Positions 36,039 through 46,281 are shown, numbered from the stretch's first letter. The stretch is DNA of 64,000 bases from Planctomycetota bacterium (GCA_965223545.1 OZ245006.1:1280001-1344000), one strand, 5' to 3'. The notes: a model not told the origin generated them from the letters alone. Translations and numbers: made by a program.

Positions 36039-37339
36039 GCATCAACGTTGCTCGTCTCGTACTGGTTGGCTGCGCCGCCTCGGCACCGCTCACCGCTTCT
36101 TTGGCCGCCCAGGATCTGGTCGCGATCCGCGCCGGCGTGCTGCACACGATCACCCGCGGTACGCAGGAGGACGTGGTCATCACGATCGAGAATGGAGTCA
36201 TCAAGTCGATCGACAGCGAGCTGTCGCCGGCTTGGAACGCCACCGTGATCGACGCCAGCGACCGCGTCGTGATGCCGACGTTTGTGCTCGCCCACACCAG
36301 TGGCGGGATGAGCAGCTCCAACGAGAACCTGCAGAACGTCCCCTACCTGACGGTCGAGGACGCGATCGACCCGTCGTCGAAGTTCTTCGAAGAGGCGCTG
36401 CGCAACGGGATCGGCACGATGCACGTGCTGCCGGGCAATGCCACGCTGCTCGGCGGTCGCGGCATGATCATCCGGCCGCACGGACGCACCGTCGAGGACA
36501 TGACGGTGCGGACCAAGGGCGGCATGAAGCTCTCGCTGCAGGCCAGCGGCGGTGGGCGCATGCAGCAGATCCGCAAGCTGCACCGCTCCCTGCACGACGT
36601 GCAGCGCGCCATCGGCGAGCTCGAGCGCAAGAAGGAGGAGTTCGAGCAGGAGAAGGCCGCGGGCGCGATCCCCGCCGACAAGGAGTGGGACGAAGAGCTC
36701 GACGACAAGCAGAAGCCGGTCGCCGACCTGCTCGCCGGCAAGCAGACGGCCTACCTCTACGTGCCCTCCGCGGCCGAGGTCGGCGAGGCGCTGCGCATCG
36801 TCGAGCAGTACGGCTTCCCCGCCGTACTGGTGTTGGGGCCGACCTGCTCGAAGCTGGCGCGGCGGCTGGCCGCCGCGGGTGTCTCCGTGGTCCTCGACGA
36901 CGAAGTCGAGCACTGGGAGACCGATCCGGACACCGAGAAGGAAACCCTGCGCTGCCCGGCCGCGGAGCTCGCCGCGCACGGCGTGCAGTTCGCGCTGAGC
37001 GTGCAGAGCAGCGGTGCCGGGCGCCGGTCCTCGGCGCCCAGCGGACCACGGCGCTACCCCTGGTGGCAAATGGCCACCGCGGTGCGTCACGGCGTCGACC
37101 GCCAGGCCGCGCTCGAGTCGATGACGATCGTGCCGGCGCGCATCCTCGGCCTGGAGTCCGAGATCGGCTCGGTCGAGGAGGGCAAGATCGCCAACTTGCA
37201 GATCCTCACCGGCGATCCGCTCGCCGCGACGACCTGGGTGGAGCAAGTGTTGCTCGAGGGCGCCGTGGTCTACGAGCGCAGCAAGGACCCCAAGCTCAAG
37301 CACATGTTCGGCGAGGACGGCGCGCAGGCGCCGCGGTGA
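36035..37339 (+). CDS. Secreted amidohydrolase-family paralog 4 (partial metal site)
   Basis: MPTFVLAHTS, GSVEEGKIAN; GTGA overlap. Confidence 0.88.
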   Translation: MSINVARLVLVGCAASAPLTASLAAQDLVAIRAGVLHTITRGTQEDVVITIENGVIKSIDSELSPAWNATVIDASDRVVMPTFVLAHTSGGMSSSNENLQNVPYLTVEDAIDPSSKFFEEALRNGIGTMHVLPGNATLLGGRGMIIRPHGRTVEDMTVRTKGGMKLSLQASGGGRMQQIRKLHRSLHDVQRAIGELERKKEEFEQEKAAGAIPADKEWDEELDDKQKPVADLLAGKQTAYLYVPSAAEVGEALRIVEQYGFPAVLVLGPTCSKLARRLAAAGVSVVLDDEVEHWETDPDTEKETLRCPAAELAAHGVQFALSVQSSGAGRRSSAPSGPRRYPWWQMATAVRHGVDRQAALESMTIVPARILGLESEIGSVEEGKIANLQILTGDPLAATTWVEQVLLEGAVVYERSKDPKLKHMFGEDGAQAPR

Positions 37340-40206
37340 TGCCAATGCGCGCTCTTGCCCTCCTGCTCGCGAGCCCGCTGGCGGCGCTGCCATCGCCGGC
37401 TGCCTCGTCCCCTTCCCCGCAGACACCGTCGGCTCAGCAGCCGGGGGAGCGCAGCTTCGCGCTGCACTGCGGGACGCTGCATACCGGCGACGGGTCCGTC
37501 GTGCGCGACGCGATCGTGCTGGTCGACGACGGCGTGATTCAGGCCGTCGTCGCCGCCGACGCGGCGGGCGCGGTGCCCCCGGGCACCCGGTTGATCGACG
37601 CGTCCGACAAGGTCGTCATGCCGGGGATCGTCGCCGCCGACACCGATCTGTCGGGCCAGCCGGACGACGACTACGCGGTCACTCCCGACCTCGTCGCTGC
37701 CGACGGCTTCGACTTCCTGCGCAGCCGCACACCGCTGCTCAGCGGTGGGGTGACGACCGTCTATCTGTCTCCCGGCCGCGCGCGGCTGATCTCGGGTCAG
37801 GGCTCGGTCGTCAAGACCAGCGGCGACCTGTTGTCCGAGCGGATCCTGGCCGAGTCGGCGTGTCTGCGGATCAACATGGGCGACGCCGCGACCCGCGCGC
37901 CCGCGGTGTTCGAGCCGACCACTTCGCCGACCTCCGACGACCCCCTGCTGCCGGCGCGCGAGCAGTTTCCCTCGGCCCGCATCTCGCTGTTGTCCGAGCT
38001 GACGCGCTTGTTCCGCGACGCCGCCGCGCTGGAGGCCGAGGGCGCCACCAACGGCGACCTGTTCGGGGACGGCCTGGTCGAGAACCGGTACTCCATCCAC
38101 GCCCTGCAGCGCGCCACGCGTGGCGAGCTGCCGTTGCGCATCGCGGCCGAGCACGCCGCCGACCTGCGCCGCGCCCTCTACTTCGCCGAGAGCACTGGCT
38201 GCCGCGTGGTGCTCGAGGATCCCTGGGAGCTTTCCACGGTGGCTGCGGAGGCCGCGCAGAAGGCGGCCGGCGCGGTCGTACGGCTCCCGGTGATGCCGGG
38301 CGCGCGCAACCCCGGTGGCGAGAACCGCGATCCGGCCGCGGCCGAGCGCCGGCTCGACACTGCCGCCCGCGCCGTCGCCGCCGGCATGTCCATCGCGCTG
38401 GCCCCGGCGAACGACCGCGGCCTGCGCGATTTCCTGATGCACGCCGCGATCGCCATCCGGCACGGCCTGGCGGCCGACGCGGCGATGCGCGCCATCACGC
38501 GCGATGCCGCGCAGATCCTCGGCGTCGGCGACCGCGTCGGCCTCATCGCACCGGGAATGCACGCCGACCTGCTCGTCCTCAGCGGCGAGCCGTTCGCCAT
38601 CGGCACGATGGTCGAGCAGACCTTCGTCACCGGCGACCGCGTCTGGCAGCGCGAATCCGAGGACGATCTGCTCGCGGTCCGCTGCGACAAGATCATGACC
38701 ATGGCGGGCAGTCCGCTCGACCGTGGGGTGCTCACCGCCGCCAACGGCCGGATCAAGGCGGTGGGAGAAGACCTCGCCGTCCCGTTCGGCGCTCGCATCA
38801 TCGACATCCCCGGCGGCGTCATGGTGCCGGGCTTCATCGACGCGTTCTCGCACCTCGGCCTGTCCGGCAACGGCAGCGGAATCCCCACCGGCAACGCCGA
38901 CCAGCGGGTTGCCGATGTGATCAGCGCGGACGACCCGCTGCTGGCCCAGGCCGCGCGCGCCGGGCTGACGACGGTGCTGGTCGCCGGCCGCGACGCCAAC
39001 ACCGTGTCGGGCCGGGTGGCGGCGGTGAAGACCGCCGGCGAGACCCGCGACGAACGCGTGCTGCGTGAGATCGCCGCGCTGCGTTTCGTGCACGACAGCG
39101 TCGACGGCAATGGCATCAAGCCGCTGGCCGACGCCGTGCAAAGGGGCCGACCGTATCTCGAGGCCTGGCAGAAGTACGAGAAGGAACTCGCCGCCTTCAA
39201 CTCCGGTGATGCCGACAAGGAAAAGGAAGGCGAAGAGCCGACACCCTCCCCCACCGACGAACCCGCCGCACCCGATCCACTCAGCGGTGTCTGGCAGCTG
39301 TCGTTCGACCAGCCGCCACCGGTGCCGGTCGAGATTCGCTTCGAGCTCGAGCTGCAGGGCACGACCGTCAAGGGTTCGATGGTGATGAGCCTGCAGGGGC
39401 GTGAAATGCCACCTGCAGAACTGCAGAACGGCCGGTTCGAGAATGGCACGCTGACCGGCACCATCGCGGTGCCGATGCTCGGCGAGGGCGAGGTGCAGGC
39501 GACGGTCACCACCGACAAGATGACCGGCACGATCAGTGGCCAGGGACAGACCATCGGCTTCTCGGCGACGCGCGTCGAGAAGATGGAGCGCGGCAGCACC
39601 GGGCGCGGGGTGCGCATGCGTCGCGGCGAAGACGGCGCGCCGAAGAAGCCCGAGATCAACGAGGCGCTCGAGCCGTTGCGTGCCCTGCTCGAGGGGCGCA
39701 TTCCGGCCGTCGTGCAAAGCCGCAAGGCGCCGGCGATTCGAGCGGTCGTCGACTGGTTTGCCGAGCAGAAGCTGCCGCTCGTGCTGACCGGCGTCGACGA
39801 TGCCATCGACGATCCCTCGCTCCTCGGCGAAGCCAAGCCCGGTGTGGTGCTCGGTCCCGACGTGGTGCGGACCGAGCGCGGCAAGGTCACCAACGCGGCC
39901 GCTGTCCTCGCCGACCACGACCTGCCGTTGGCCCTCGGCACCGGTGACACCGCCGGCAGCCGCTTCCTGCCGCTGCACGCCGCGCTGGCCGTGCGCTATG
40001 GGCTCGACCCGACGACCGCGCTGCGGACCCTGACCGCGGACGCCGCCAAGATGTTCCAGCTGGACGATCGGATCGGCTCGCTGGAGCGGGGCAAGGACGC
40101 GGACTTCGTCGTCTTCAGCGGCAGCCCGTTCGAGATGACCAGCCGAGTCCTGCTGGTGGTCGTCGGCGGTCGCGTCGTGCACGACGGGCGGGAGGCGAAT
40201 CGATGA
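37336..40206 (+). CDS. Secreted tandem double-domain amidohydrolase-family paralog 5
   Basis: Domain a: PGIVAADTD...GLIAPGMHAD. Domain b: PGFIDAFSH...GSLERGKDAD, with an inserted beta-rich domain. Alternative starts at 37339 and 37345. Confidence 0.88.
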   Translation: MMPMRALALLLASPLAALPSPAASSPSPQTPSAQQPGERSFALHCGTLHTGDGSVVRDAIVLVDDGVIQAVVAADAAGAVPPGTRLIDASDKVVMPGIVAADTDLSGQPDDDYAVTPDLVAADGFDFLRSRTPLLSGGVTTVYLSPGRARLISGQGSVVKTSGDLLSERILAESACLRINMGDAATRAPAVFEPTTSPTSDDPLLPAREQFPSARISLLSELTRLFRDAAALEAEGATNGDLFGDGLVENRYSIHALQRATRGELPLRIAAEHAADLRRALYFAESTGCRVVLEDPWELSTVAAEAAQKAAGAVVRLPVMPGARNPGGENRDPAAAERRLDTAARAVAAGMSIALAPANDRGLRDFLMHAAIAIRHGLAADAAMRAITRDAAQILGVGDRVGLIAPGMHADLLVLSGEPFAIGTMVEQTFVTGDRVWQRESEDDLLAVRCDKIMTMAGSPLDRGVLTAANGRIKAVGEDLAVPFGARIIDIPGGVMVPGFIDAFSHLGLSGNGSGIPTGNADQRVADVISADDPLLAQAARAGLTTVLVAGRDANTVSGRVAAVKTAGETRDERVLREIAALRFVHDSVDGNGIKPLADAVQRGRPYLEAWQKYEKELAAFNSGDADKEKEGEEPTPSPTDEPAAPDPLSGVWQLSFDQPPPVPVEIRFELELQGTTVKGSMVMSLQGREMPPAELQNGRFENGTLTGTIAVPMLGEGEVQATVTTDKMTGTISGQGQTIGFSATRVEKMERGSTGRGVRMRRGEDGAPKKPEINEALEPLRALLEGRIPAVVQSRKAPAIRAVVDWFAEQKLPLVLTGVDDAIDDPSLLGEAKPGVVLGPDVVRTERGKVTNAAAVLADHDLPLALGTGDTAGSRFLPLHAALAVRYGLDPTTALRTLTADAAKMFQLDDRIGSLERGKDADFVVFSGSPFEMTSRVLLVVVGGRVVHDGREANR

Positions 40207-41558
40207 AGCTGCGCGCACCCCGCGACGCGGCCGCGGCCGTGGCCGTCCTGGCAGTGGCGTCGGCACCGGCTCTCACTGCGCAGGAGCCGTCGATCGACAT
40301 CCACTTCGGCGAGCGGCCCAGCGAGTACAAGGTCGCCCGCTGGGGCCCCGACAGCTTTCCAACACCGCCGCTGGCATTCCGCGCCGCGGTGGTGGTCACC
40401 GTCGAAGGCGAGCCGATCCGCGACGGGGTCGTGCTGACGCACGACAAGAAGATCGTCGCCATCGGCACCAGCGACGAGGTCGCGATCCCCGCCGACTACG
40501 AAGTCATCGACCTCGGTGCGCACTGGCTGCTGCCGGGCCTCGTCGACCTGCACTGCCACATCGCGGCCAAGGGCTTCGACCTCAACGACACGGTGCACTC
40601 GACCAACCCGGAGCTGCGCACGCTCGACATGGTCACCACCGAGCACGAGGACATGCACCGCGCCCTCGCCGGTGGCGTCACCACCGTGCTCTATATCCCC
40701 GGCTCGGGGTCCAACATGGGTGGCTTCGGTACGCTGACCAAGACCCACGGACCTCCCGAGCAGGCCTTGGTTCGCTTCCCGGGCAGCCTGAAGATCGCGC
40801 AGGCTGGCAACCCCGAGCGGCGCGCGGGCGACCTGGGCAGCGGCGTCGCCGGCATGAACCAGGGTCTGCGACTGACGCTGCAGCGGGGTCGTGCCTACTA
40901 TCGCGCGTGGGAGGAATTCGACGCCGGCCGCGGACCGCAACCCGAGTTCGACGCCAGCCTCGAGTACCTGCGCGGTCTGTTCCGCCACGAGTATCCGGTC
41001 ACCGTCCACACGCAGATCTACCAGGTCGTGCTGGAGACGCTGCGGCAGCTGCGCACCGAGTTCGGCCTGTGGACCGTGATCGATCACGGCACCTTCGATG
41101 CGTATCGACTCAGCGAAGACGCGTGGATGCGCGGCGTTCCCGTCTGCAACGGGCCGCGGCAGTACTACTTCAACCGAACCACCGGGCAGTTCGTCGGCTT
41201 GGCCGACGCGTGGTTTCGGGGCGGCGACCACGGCTGGCAGGAGCCAGTGCGCGGGCTCGGCCGCGACGGGATCGCCGTCAACACGGACTCGCCGGTCGTC
41301 GCCCAAGAGCAGCTGACGCTGCAGTGCGCGATGTCGGTCCGCCTCGGGCTGCCGTGGGAGGTCGGGCTGCGCGGCATCACCATCAACCCGGCCCGCTTCA
41401 TCGGCGCGGACCACCGCATCGGCTCGCTGCGCCCCGGCAAGGACGCCGACCTGGTGGCGTGGTCCGGCGACCCACTGGACCCCAGATCCCATGTCGAGCT
41501 GACCGTCGTCAACGGCCGCATCGCCTACCGGCGCGACGCCGGGCGGCCGAGGTTCTGA
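40203..41558 (+). CDS. Secreted amidohydrolase-family paralog 6 (intact metal centre, predicted active)
   Basis: PGLVDLHCH, SLKIAQAGNP, TVHTQ, IDHGT, VNTDSP, GSLRPGKDAD. Confidence 0.92.
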   Translation: MKLRAPRDAAAAVAVLAVASAPALTAQEPSIDIHFGERPSEYKVARWGPDSFPTPPLAFRAAVVVTVEGEPIRDGVVLTHDKKIVAIGTSDEVAIPADYEVIDLGAHWLLPGLVDLHCHIAAKGFDLNDTVHSTNPELRTLDMVTTEHEDMHRALAGGVTTVLYIPGSGSNMGGFGTLTKTHGPPEQALVRFPGSLKIAQAGNPERRAGDLGSGVAGMNQGLRLTLQRGRAYYRAWEEFDAGRGPQPEFDASLEYLRGLFRHEYPVTVHTQIYQVVLETLRQLRTEFGLWTVIDHGTFDAYRLSEDAWMRGVPVCNGPRQYYFNRTTGQFVGLADAWFRGGDHGWQEPVRGLGRDGIAVNTDSPVVAQEQLTLQCAMSVRLGLPWEVGLRGITINPARFIGADHRIGSLRPGKDADLVAWSGDPLDPRSHVELTVVNGRIAYRRDAGRPRF

Positions 41559-41560
41559 TC

Positions 41561-42833
41561 TTGCGACGCCCCGCATCGCCGCCGACGCCCCAGCAGCGAA
41601 CGCCGCGCCCGCCGCGCGGCCGCCGGTCGCGGTGCGTGGTGTTCGCCCTCGCGCTCGGCCTGGGCAGCCAAGGGCACAGCCAGGATCTCCTCGTGCGCGC
41701 CGGGCGCATCCTGACGATGGCCGGCCCACCGGTGCACGGCGGTGCAATGCTGGTCCGCGATGGAGTCATCGCGGCGGTCGGCGCATGGCGAGACGTCGAC
41801 GCCCCCACCGGCGTGCCGATCCTCGATTGCGGGGACGCCACCATCTGTCCCGGCTTCGTCGACCTGCACCACCACGTCAGCGCCGCCGGCCAGGACCTGA
41901 ACGACATGGTGCTGCCGACCAACCCGGAGCTCCGCACGCTCGACGCGGTGCGACCCAGCGCCGAGATGATCGCCGAAACGCTGCGCGGTGGCGTCACCAC
42001 CACCCTGTTCATCCCCGGCTCCGGCACCAATCTTTCGGGCTTTGGCGTGTTGTTGAGCATGGCCGGCGACAGCCTCGAGGAGATGGTGATCCGTGAGCTC
42101 GGCGCGATGAAAGTGGCACAGGGCTACAACCCCGAACGCCGCAGCGGCGACCTCGGCGTGAGCCGCATGGGGATGCACCAGCTGCTGACCGAGACGCTGG
42201 AGAAGGGACGGGACTACACAGCGCAGTGGCAGGCCCACGCTGCCGGCAATGGCCCTCGACCCGAGCTGCGGCCCGAGCTCGAGCAGCTGCGGGCGGTGTT
42301 CGAACGGCGGGTCCCGGTGTTGATCCACACCGCTGGTGCACGCGACTGCGTGGCGACCGCCCGCATGTTCCAGGACGTGTTCAAGCTGTGGATGATCCTG
42401 TCGCACGGCACCTTCGACGGTTGGTGGGCAGCACACGCCCTGGCCGCGCGCGGCACCCCGGTCAACCTCGGCCCGCGGATGTACGACCTCGACGACGACG
42501 GTCACTTCCAGGGCATCGCCGCCGGCTACTGGAACGCCGGCTGCGTCGATCTTGTCGATCAACACCGACGCCCCCGTCATCGCCGGCGAGCAGCTCGGCC
42601 TGCAGGCGGCGATGGCGGTGCGGCTGGGCCTCCCGTACGACGCGGGCCTGCGCGCGATCACGATTCGCGCGGCGCGCCAGATCGGCATCGACGACACCAA
42701 GGGCTCGCTCGAGCCCGGCAAGGACGCGGACTTTCTGGTGACGCGCGGCGATCCCCTCGATCCGCGCTTCCCCCCCATCAAGATCTTCATTCGAGGCAAA
42801 CAGGTCCACGGACCCGAAGAGGAACGCGGCTAG
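41561..42833 (+). pseudogene. Amidohydrolase-family paralog 7 with intact ligands, interrupted by a +1 frameshift at about 42552 (real lesion or sequence error)
   Basis: DLHHH, MKVAQGYNP, LIHTA and LSHGT are in one frame; SINTDAP...GSLEPGKDAD continues in the 42552..42833 frame. Start could be 41636. Confidence 0.8.
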
Positions 42834-44245
42834 TGAACCCCCGTCATCTCGTGGTGGCAGCGCTCGCGCTGCCGTTCGCGGCGGCCGGCGCGGCGCAAGA
42901 ACGCGCAGTCGCCATCGTCGACGCTCGCATTCTCACGCTCGACGGCGACGCCGTCGAGCGCGGCACCTTGGTCATGCGGGATGGCAAGATCGAGGCCGTC
43001 GGCGCCGATGTCGACGTGCCGGCCGGCGCCGTGCGCATCGACGGCAGCGGGCACACGGTGATGCCCGGCCTGGTCAGCGCGTTCTCGCGCGCGGGGTTGG
43101 TGTCGGCAGCCCGCAGCTCGACCCGGCAGTCGGTGTCGCGGCGCGGTCGCTTCCGCGGCGTGCGCCCGACGCAGCGGAGCACTCCGGCGAAGAACGAGGC
43201 CGCCAAGAAGGTCGCCGACGAGGTCTACGCCCGCCAGGAGGTGTTCGGTCAGCTGCTGCGCGCCGGCGTGACGACGATCGGCGTCGCCCCGCGAGGCGAC
43301 GGCCTCCCCGGCCGGGGTGCGGTGCTGGATCCCGGCCGCGGGCCAGCGGCCGAGGTCGCCGACGACGATGCCTTCGTCATGGTTGCGCCGCGTCTCGGCT
43401 CCAAGAACAAGAAGATGCTGCGCGACGCCCTAGAGGCGGCCGAGAAGATCGTGGAAGAGCGCAGCCGACCACCGGAAGCGAAGGCCGAAGAGGGTGCGGA
43501 CGAGCAGAAGACCGAGGCCAAGCCGGCGGACGGCGAGAAGCCGGGCGAGGGCGATGAGCCCGTGCCGGAAGGCCCGCCCACCGAAGAGCCCAAGCCCGCG
43601 GAGGGGAAGGAGAAGGAAGAGCCAAAGGACGGCGCCGCCAAACCCGACGATGCGAAGAAGAAGGCCGAGAAGAAGAAGGATCCCAACCTCGAGGTGCTCG
43701 CCGACCTGTTGCAGGGCAAGCGCCGCGCCCTGGTCCAGCTCGGGTCCGCCAACGACTTGGTGCACTTCCTCGATGTCGTCGGCGAGACCCGCCTGCAGGA
43801 CACCGCGTTCGTCGCCCCGAGCCACGGCGGCACCGCCGGACGGCTCGACGAAGTCGTCGACCGGCTCGCCGACTGGAAAGCACCGGTGCTCACCACGCGC
43901 GGCCTGACCACCGCCACGTACGGCGCCGCGCAGATCAATCCCGCCGCCTTGCTCAGCGCTGCCGGCATCGACGTCGGCTTCATCCTCGACGACTCACCGC
44001 GCGCTCTGCGCTCGCTGTTCTTCGATCTGATGGAGAGCGTGCGCTACGGCATGCCGCGGGACAAAGCCCTGGCAGCGGTGACGCGCGTGCCCGCCTCCGC
44101 GCTCGGCATCGACGACCGCGTCGGCACCCTGTCACCCGGCAAGGCCGCCGACGTCCTCATGTTTCGCGGCGACCCGCTGGACCCCACCAGCCGTTTGGCG
44201 CGCATCTGGCACAAGGGCGTCGAGGTCGAGGACGTAGAACGATGA
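42833..44245 (+). CDS. Secreted amidohydrolase-family paralog 8 (metal ligands degenerate)
   Basis: GTG overlaps the upstream TAG; own signal peptide ending AAA GAA-Q; PGLVSAFSR; GTLSPGKAAD. Confidence 0.85.
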   Translation: MNPRHLVVAALALPFAAAGAAQERAVAIVDARILTLDGDAVERGTLVMRDGKIEAVGADVDVPAGAVRIDGSGHTVMPGLVSAFSRAGLVSAARSSTRQSVSRRGRFRGVRPTQRSTPAKNEAAKKVADEVYARQEVFGQLLRAGVTTIGVAPRGDGLPGRGAVLDPGRGPAAEVADDDAFVMVAPRLGSKNKKMLRDALEAAEKIVEERSRPPEAKAEEGADEQKTEAKPADGEKPGEGDEPVPEGPPTEEPKPAEGKEKEEPKDGAAKPDDAKKKAEKKKDPNLEVLADLLQGKRRALVQLGSANDLVHFLDVVGETRLQDTAFVAPSHGGTAGRLDEVVDRLADWKAPVLTTRGLTTATYGAAQINPAALLSAAGIDVGFILDDSPRALRSLFFDLMESVRYGMPRDKALAAVTRVPASALGIDDRVGTLSPGKAADVLMFRGDPLDPTSRLARIWHKGVEVEDVER

Positions 44246-45669
44246 GCCCGCTTTCCCCCGTCTTCGCGCGCGGCGGCACGCTGCTCGCATTTTGTGCGAT
44301 CGCCCTGTTGGCCGTCGACGATCTCAGTGGCCAACGCCGCCGCCGCTTCCCCGGCCGCGAGGCGCCCCGGCCCGAGCCCCGCGAAACCCCACCGCCACAG
44401 GAGAAGGAACCCAAGCGCGAGGTCGAGCGATGGCTGGCGGTGCAGGGTGGCGACGTCTACCTCGGCACGGGGCAGGTCGTCCGGCGCGCGACCGTGCTGA
44501 TCGCCGACGACAAGATCCACGCCATTGGTCACGACCTCGAGTTGCCCGAAGGCACCGAGACCGTGGACGCCAAGGGCAGGATCGTCGCGCCCGGCTACGT
44601 CGCGGTGCGCGCGCGCGGGTTCGGCGAACCTTCGTCACACGAAGAGAACGCCGCCGACGGCGTCAACGCCTTCCACCCCGACATCAAGCTGGGGCTGGCG
44701 GCGGGCATCACGTCGTTCCTGACCACGTTCGGCAGCGGCACGGACAAGCCCGGCGGCAACAGCGTCGTTCTCAAGCTGGCGCCGGGTGACCCCAAGGGCA
44801 TGGTGGTCGCGCAGGACACGGTCTACACGATGCGCGTGCCGCTCAACGCCAAGCAGTGGGCGGATCTGCGCGAGGCGGTCGACAAGGCCAAGAAGGCCCT
44901 GGCCGAGGGCGATACCGGCGCCGACAAGGAAAAAACCGAGTCCAAGAACGAGCCCAAGGAAGGCGGGGCAGAGGGCGGGGGCGGAGCCCGCCCGCGCCGC
45001 GGGCGCCCCGGCGGCGCTTCCCGAAACCGAGGCGGCGGCGACGAGTCCATCGCGAAGATCCTGCAGGGCAAGGCCGTGTTGTGGGTCAGCAGCATGTCCG
45101 GCTACTCGGTCGAGAACATCCGGCAAGCGCTCGAGCTGGCCCGGCTGTTCGGCCACGGCGTCGTCCTGGACAACCCGACGACGGGGTGGGTCATCCCCGA
45201 CGAGATCGCCGCCACCGGCTCGATGGCGATCCTCAACCCCCGGGAGCGGGTGCGGCCCGACCCCACCGATCCCGACCGGACCGGCTCGAACATGGCCTCG
45301 GCCGCGATCCTGGCCGATGCCGGGGTGGCGGTCGCGGTGACTCCACCGGGCGGCCGTTTCGGCGGGGCGGGTGTGGGTAAGGGCGGCATTTTGGGCCAAG
45401 ACCTCCACACCCTGCACGTCGATGCCGCCTACGCAGTCCGCGGCGGGCTGGACGACCGCGCCGCCCTGCGCACGATCACCGCCGACGCCGCGCGAATCCT
45501 CGGCGTCGGCGCCCGGATCGGCTCTTTGGAGGTCGGGAAGGACGCTGATCTCTTGATTCTCGACGGCGATCCGCTGCACTATAGGACCTTCGTCGAGACG
45601 GCCGTGGTGAACGGTAAGGTCGTCTACGAAAAGGACAAAGAACCGTTCTACCGCCACATCAAGCGTTGA
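44242..45669 (+). CDS. Secreted amidohydrolase-family paralog 9 (metal ligands degenerate)
   Basis: APGYVAVRAR, GSLEVGKDAD; ATGA overlap. Confidence 0.88.
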   Translation: MSPLSPVFARGGTLLAFCAIALLAVDDLSGQRRRRFPGREAPRPEPRETPPPQEKEPKREVERWLAVQGGDVYLGTGQVVRRATVLIADDKIHAIGHDLELPEGTETVDAKGRIVAPGYVAVRARGFGEPSSHEENAADGVNAFHPDIKLGLAAGITSFLTTFGSGTDKPGGNSVVLKLAPGDPKGMVVAQDTVYTMRVPLNAKQWADLREAVDKAKKALAEGDTGADKEKTESKNEPKEGGAEGGGGARPRRGRPGGASRNRGGGDESIAKILQGKAVLWVSSMSGYSVENIRQALELARLFGHGVVLDNPTTGWVIPDEIAATGSMAILNPRERVRPDPTDPDRTGSNMASAAILADAGVAVAVTPPGGRFGGAGVGKGGILGQDLHTLHVDAAYAVRGGLDDRAALRTITADAARILGVGARIGSLEVGKDADLLILDGDPLHYRTFVETAVVNGKVVYEKDKEPFYRHIKR

Positions 45670-45803
45670 GTCCGCGACCTGCCGTCGTGACGAAATAACC
45701 AAGAGTCGGCCGCCGGCAGCGCCCCGCGGAACCCCAGCCGCCCCGCCGCGGCTCGGGGGTGCAGGCCACCCCCCCTGGCGCCGGCCCCGCGCACGGAGAA
45801 GCC

Positions 45804-46211
45804 ATGACCGTCGAGTCCTACAAGGAGTTGGATGACTTCTTCCGCAGCATGCGGCAGGCGTTCAACAGCCGCGACCTGAAGCTCTACCGCTCGCACTTCT
45901 GGACCGACAAGCGCTTCGTGCACATGGACGCATCCGGCCGCACCGACCACGGTTGGGGCAGCTACGAGGAGGTCCTCGACCAGGAGTTCCGCTACCTGGA
46001 CTTGCTGAAGCTGGAGTTCAAAGAGCTCGCCTTCCAGATGTTCGGCGGCGAGCAGTTTGCGTCGGTGACCGGCCGCTGGCGCTCCACGCAGGTCGATCCG
46101 GACGGACGCGAGGTCTGTCAGGCCGGACGGTCCAGCTTCACCGTCGCCCGCATCGGCGACGACTGGAAGATCGTCTCGCAGCACTACTCGCTCGGCGACG
46201 ACGAGGAGTAG
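45804..46211 (+). CDS. NTF2-like (SnoaL/DUF4440) protein
   Basis: [15 protein letters not shown]...[22 protein letters not shown]. Confidence 0.8.
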   Translation: MTVESYKELDDFFRSMRQAFNSRDLKLYRSHFWTDKRFVHMDASGRTDHGWGSYEEVLDQEFRYLDLLKLEFKELAFQMFGGEQFASVTGRWRSTQVDPDGREVCQAGRSSFTVARIGDDWKIVSQHYSLGDDEE

Positions 46212-46281
46212 GCCGCGGCGTCTGGAAAAATTGCCGCCAGCGGCTGGCGCGCCACCGCACCCCGGTACACTCGCGACCCGC

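Noticed and set aside
36232..37335. N-terminal 368 aa of the 1324-aa ORF
   Set aside because: Arg-rich shadow frame over paralog 4; the real start is at 37336-37345, where a signal peptide begins.
40907..44245. 1112-aa ORF as a single giant amidohydrolase
   Set aside because: It is a composite of an off-frame overlap with paralog 6, the 5' part of paralog 7, about 93 junk codons after the frameshift, and paralog 8, which has its own signal peptide.
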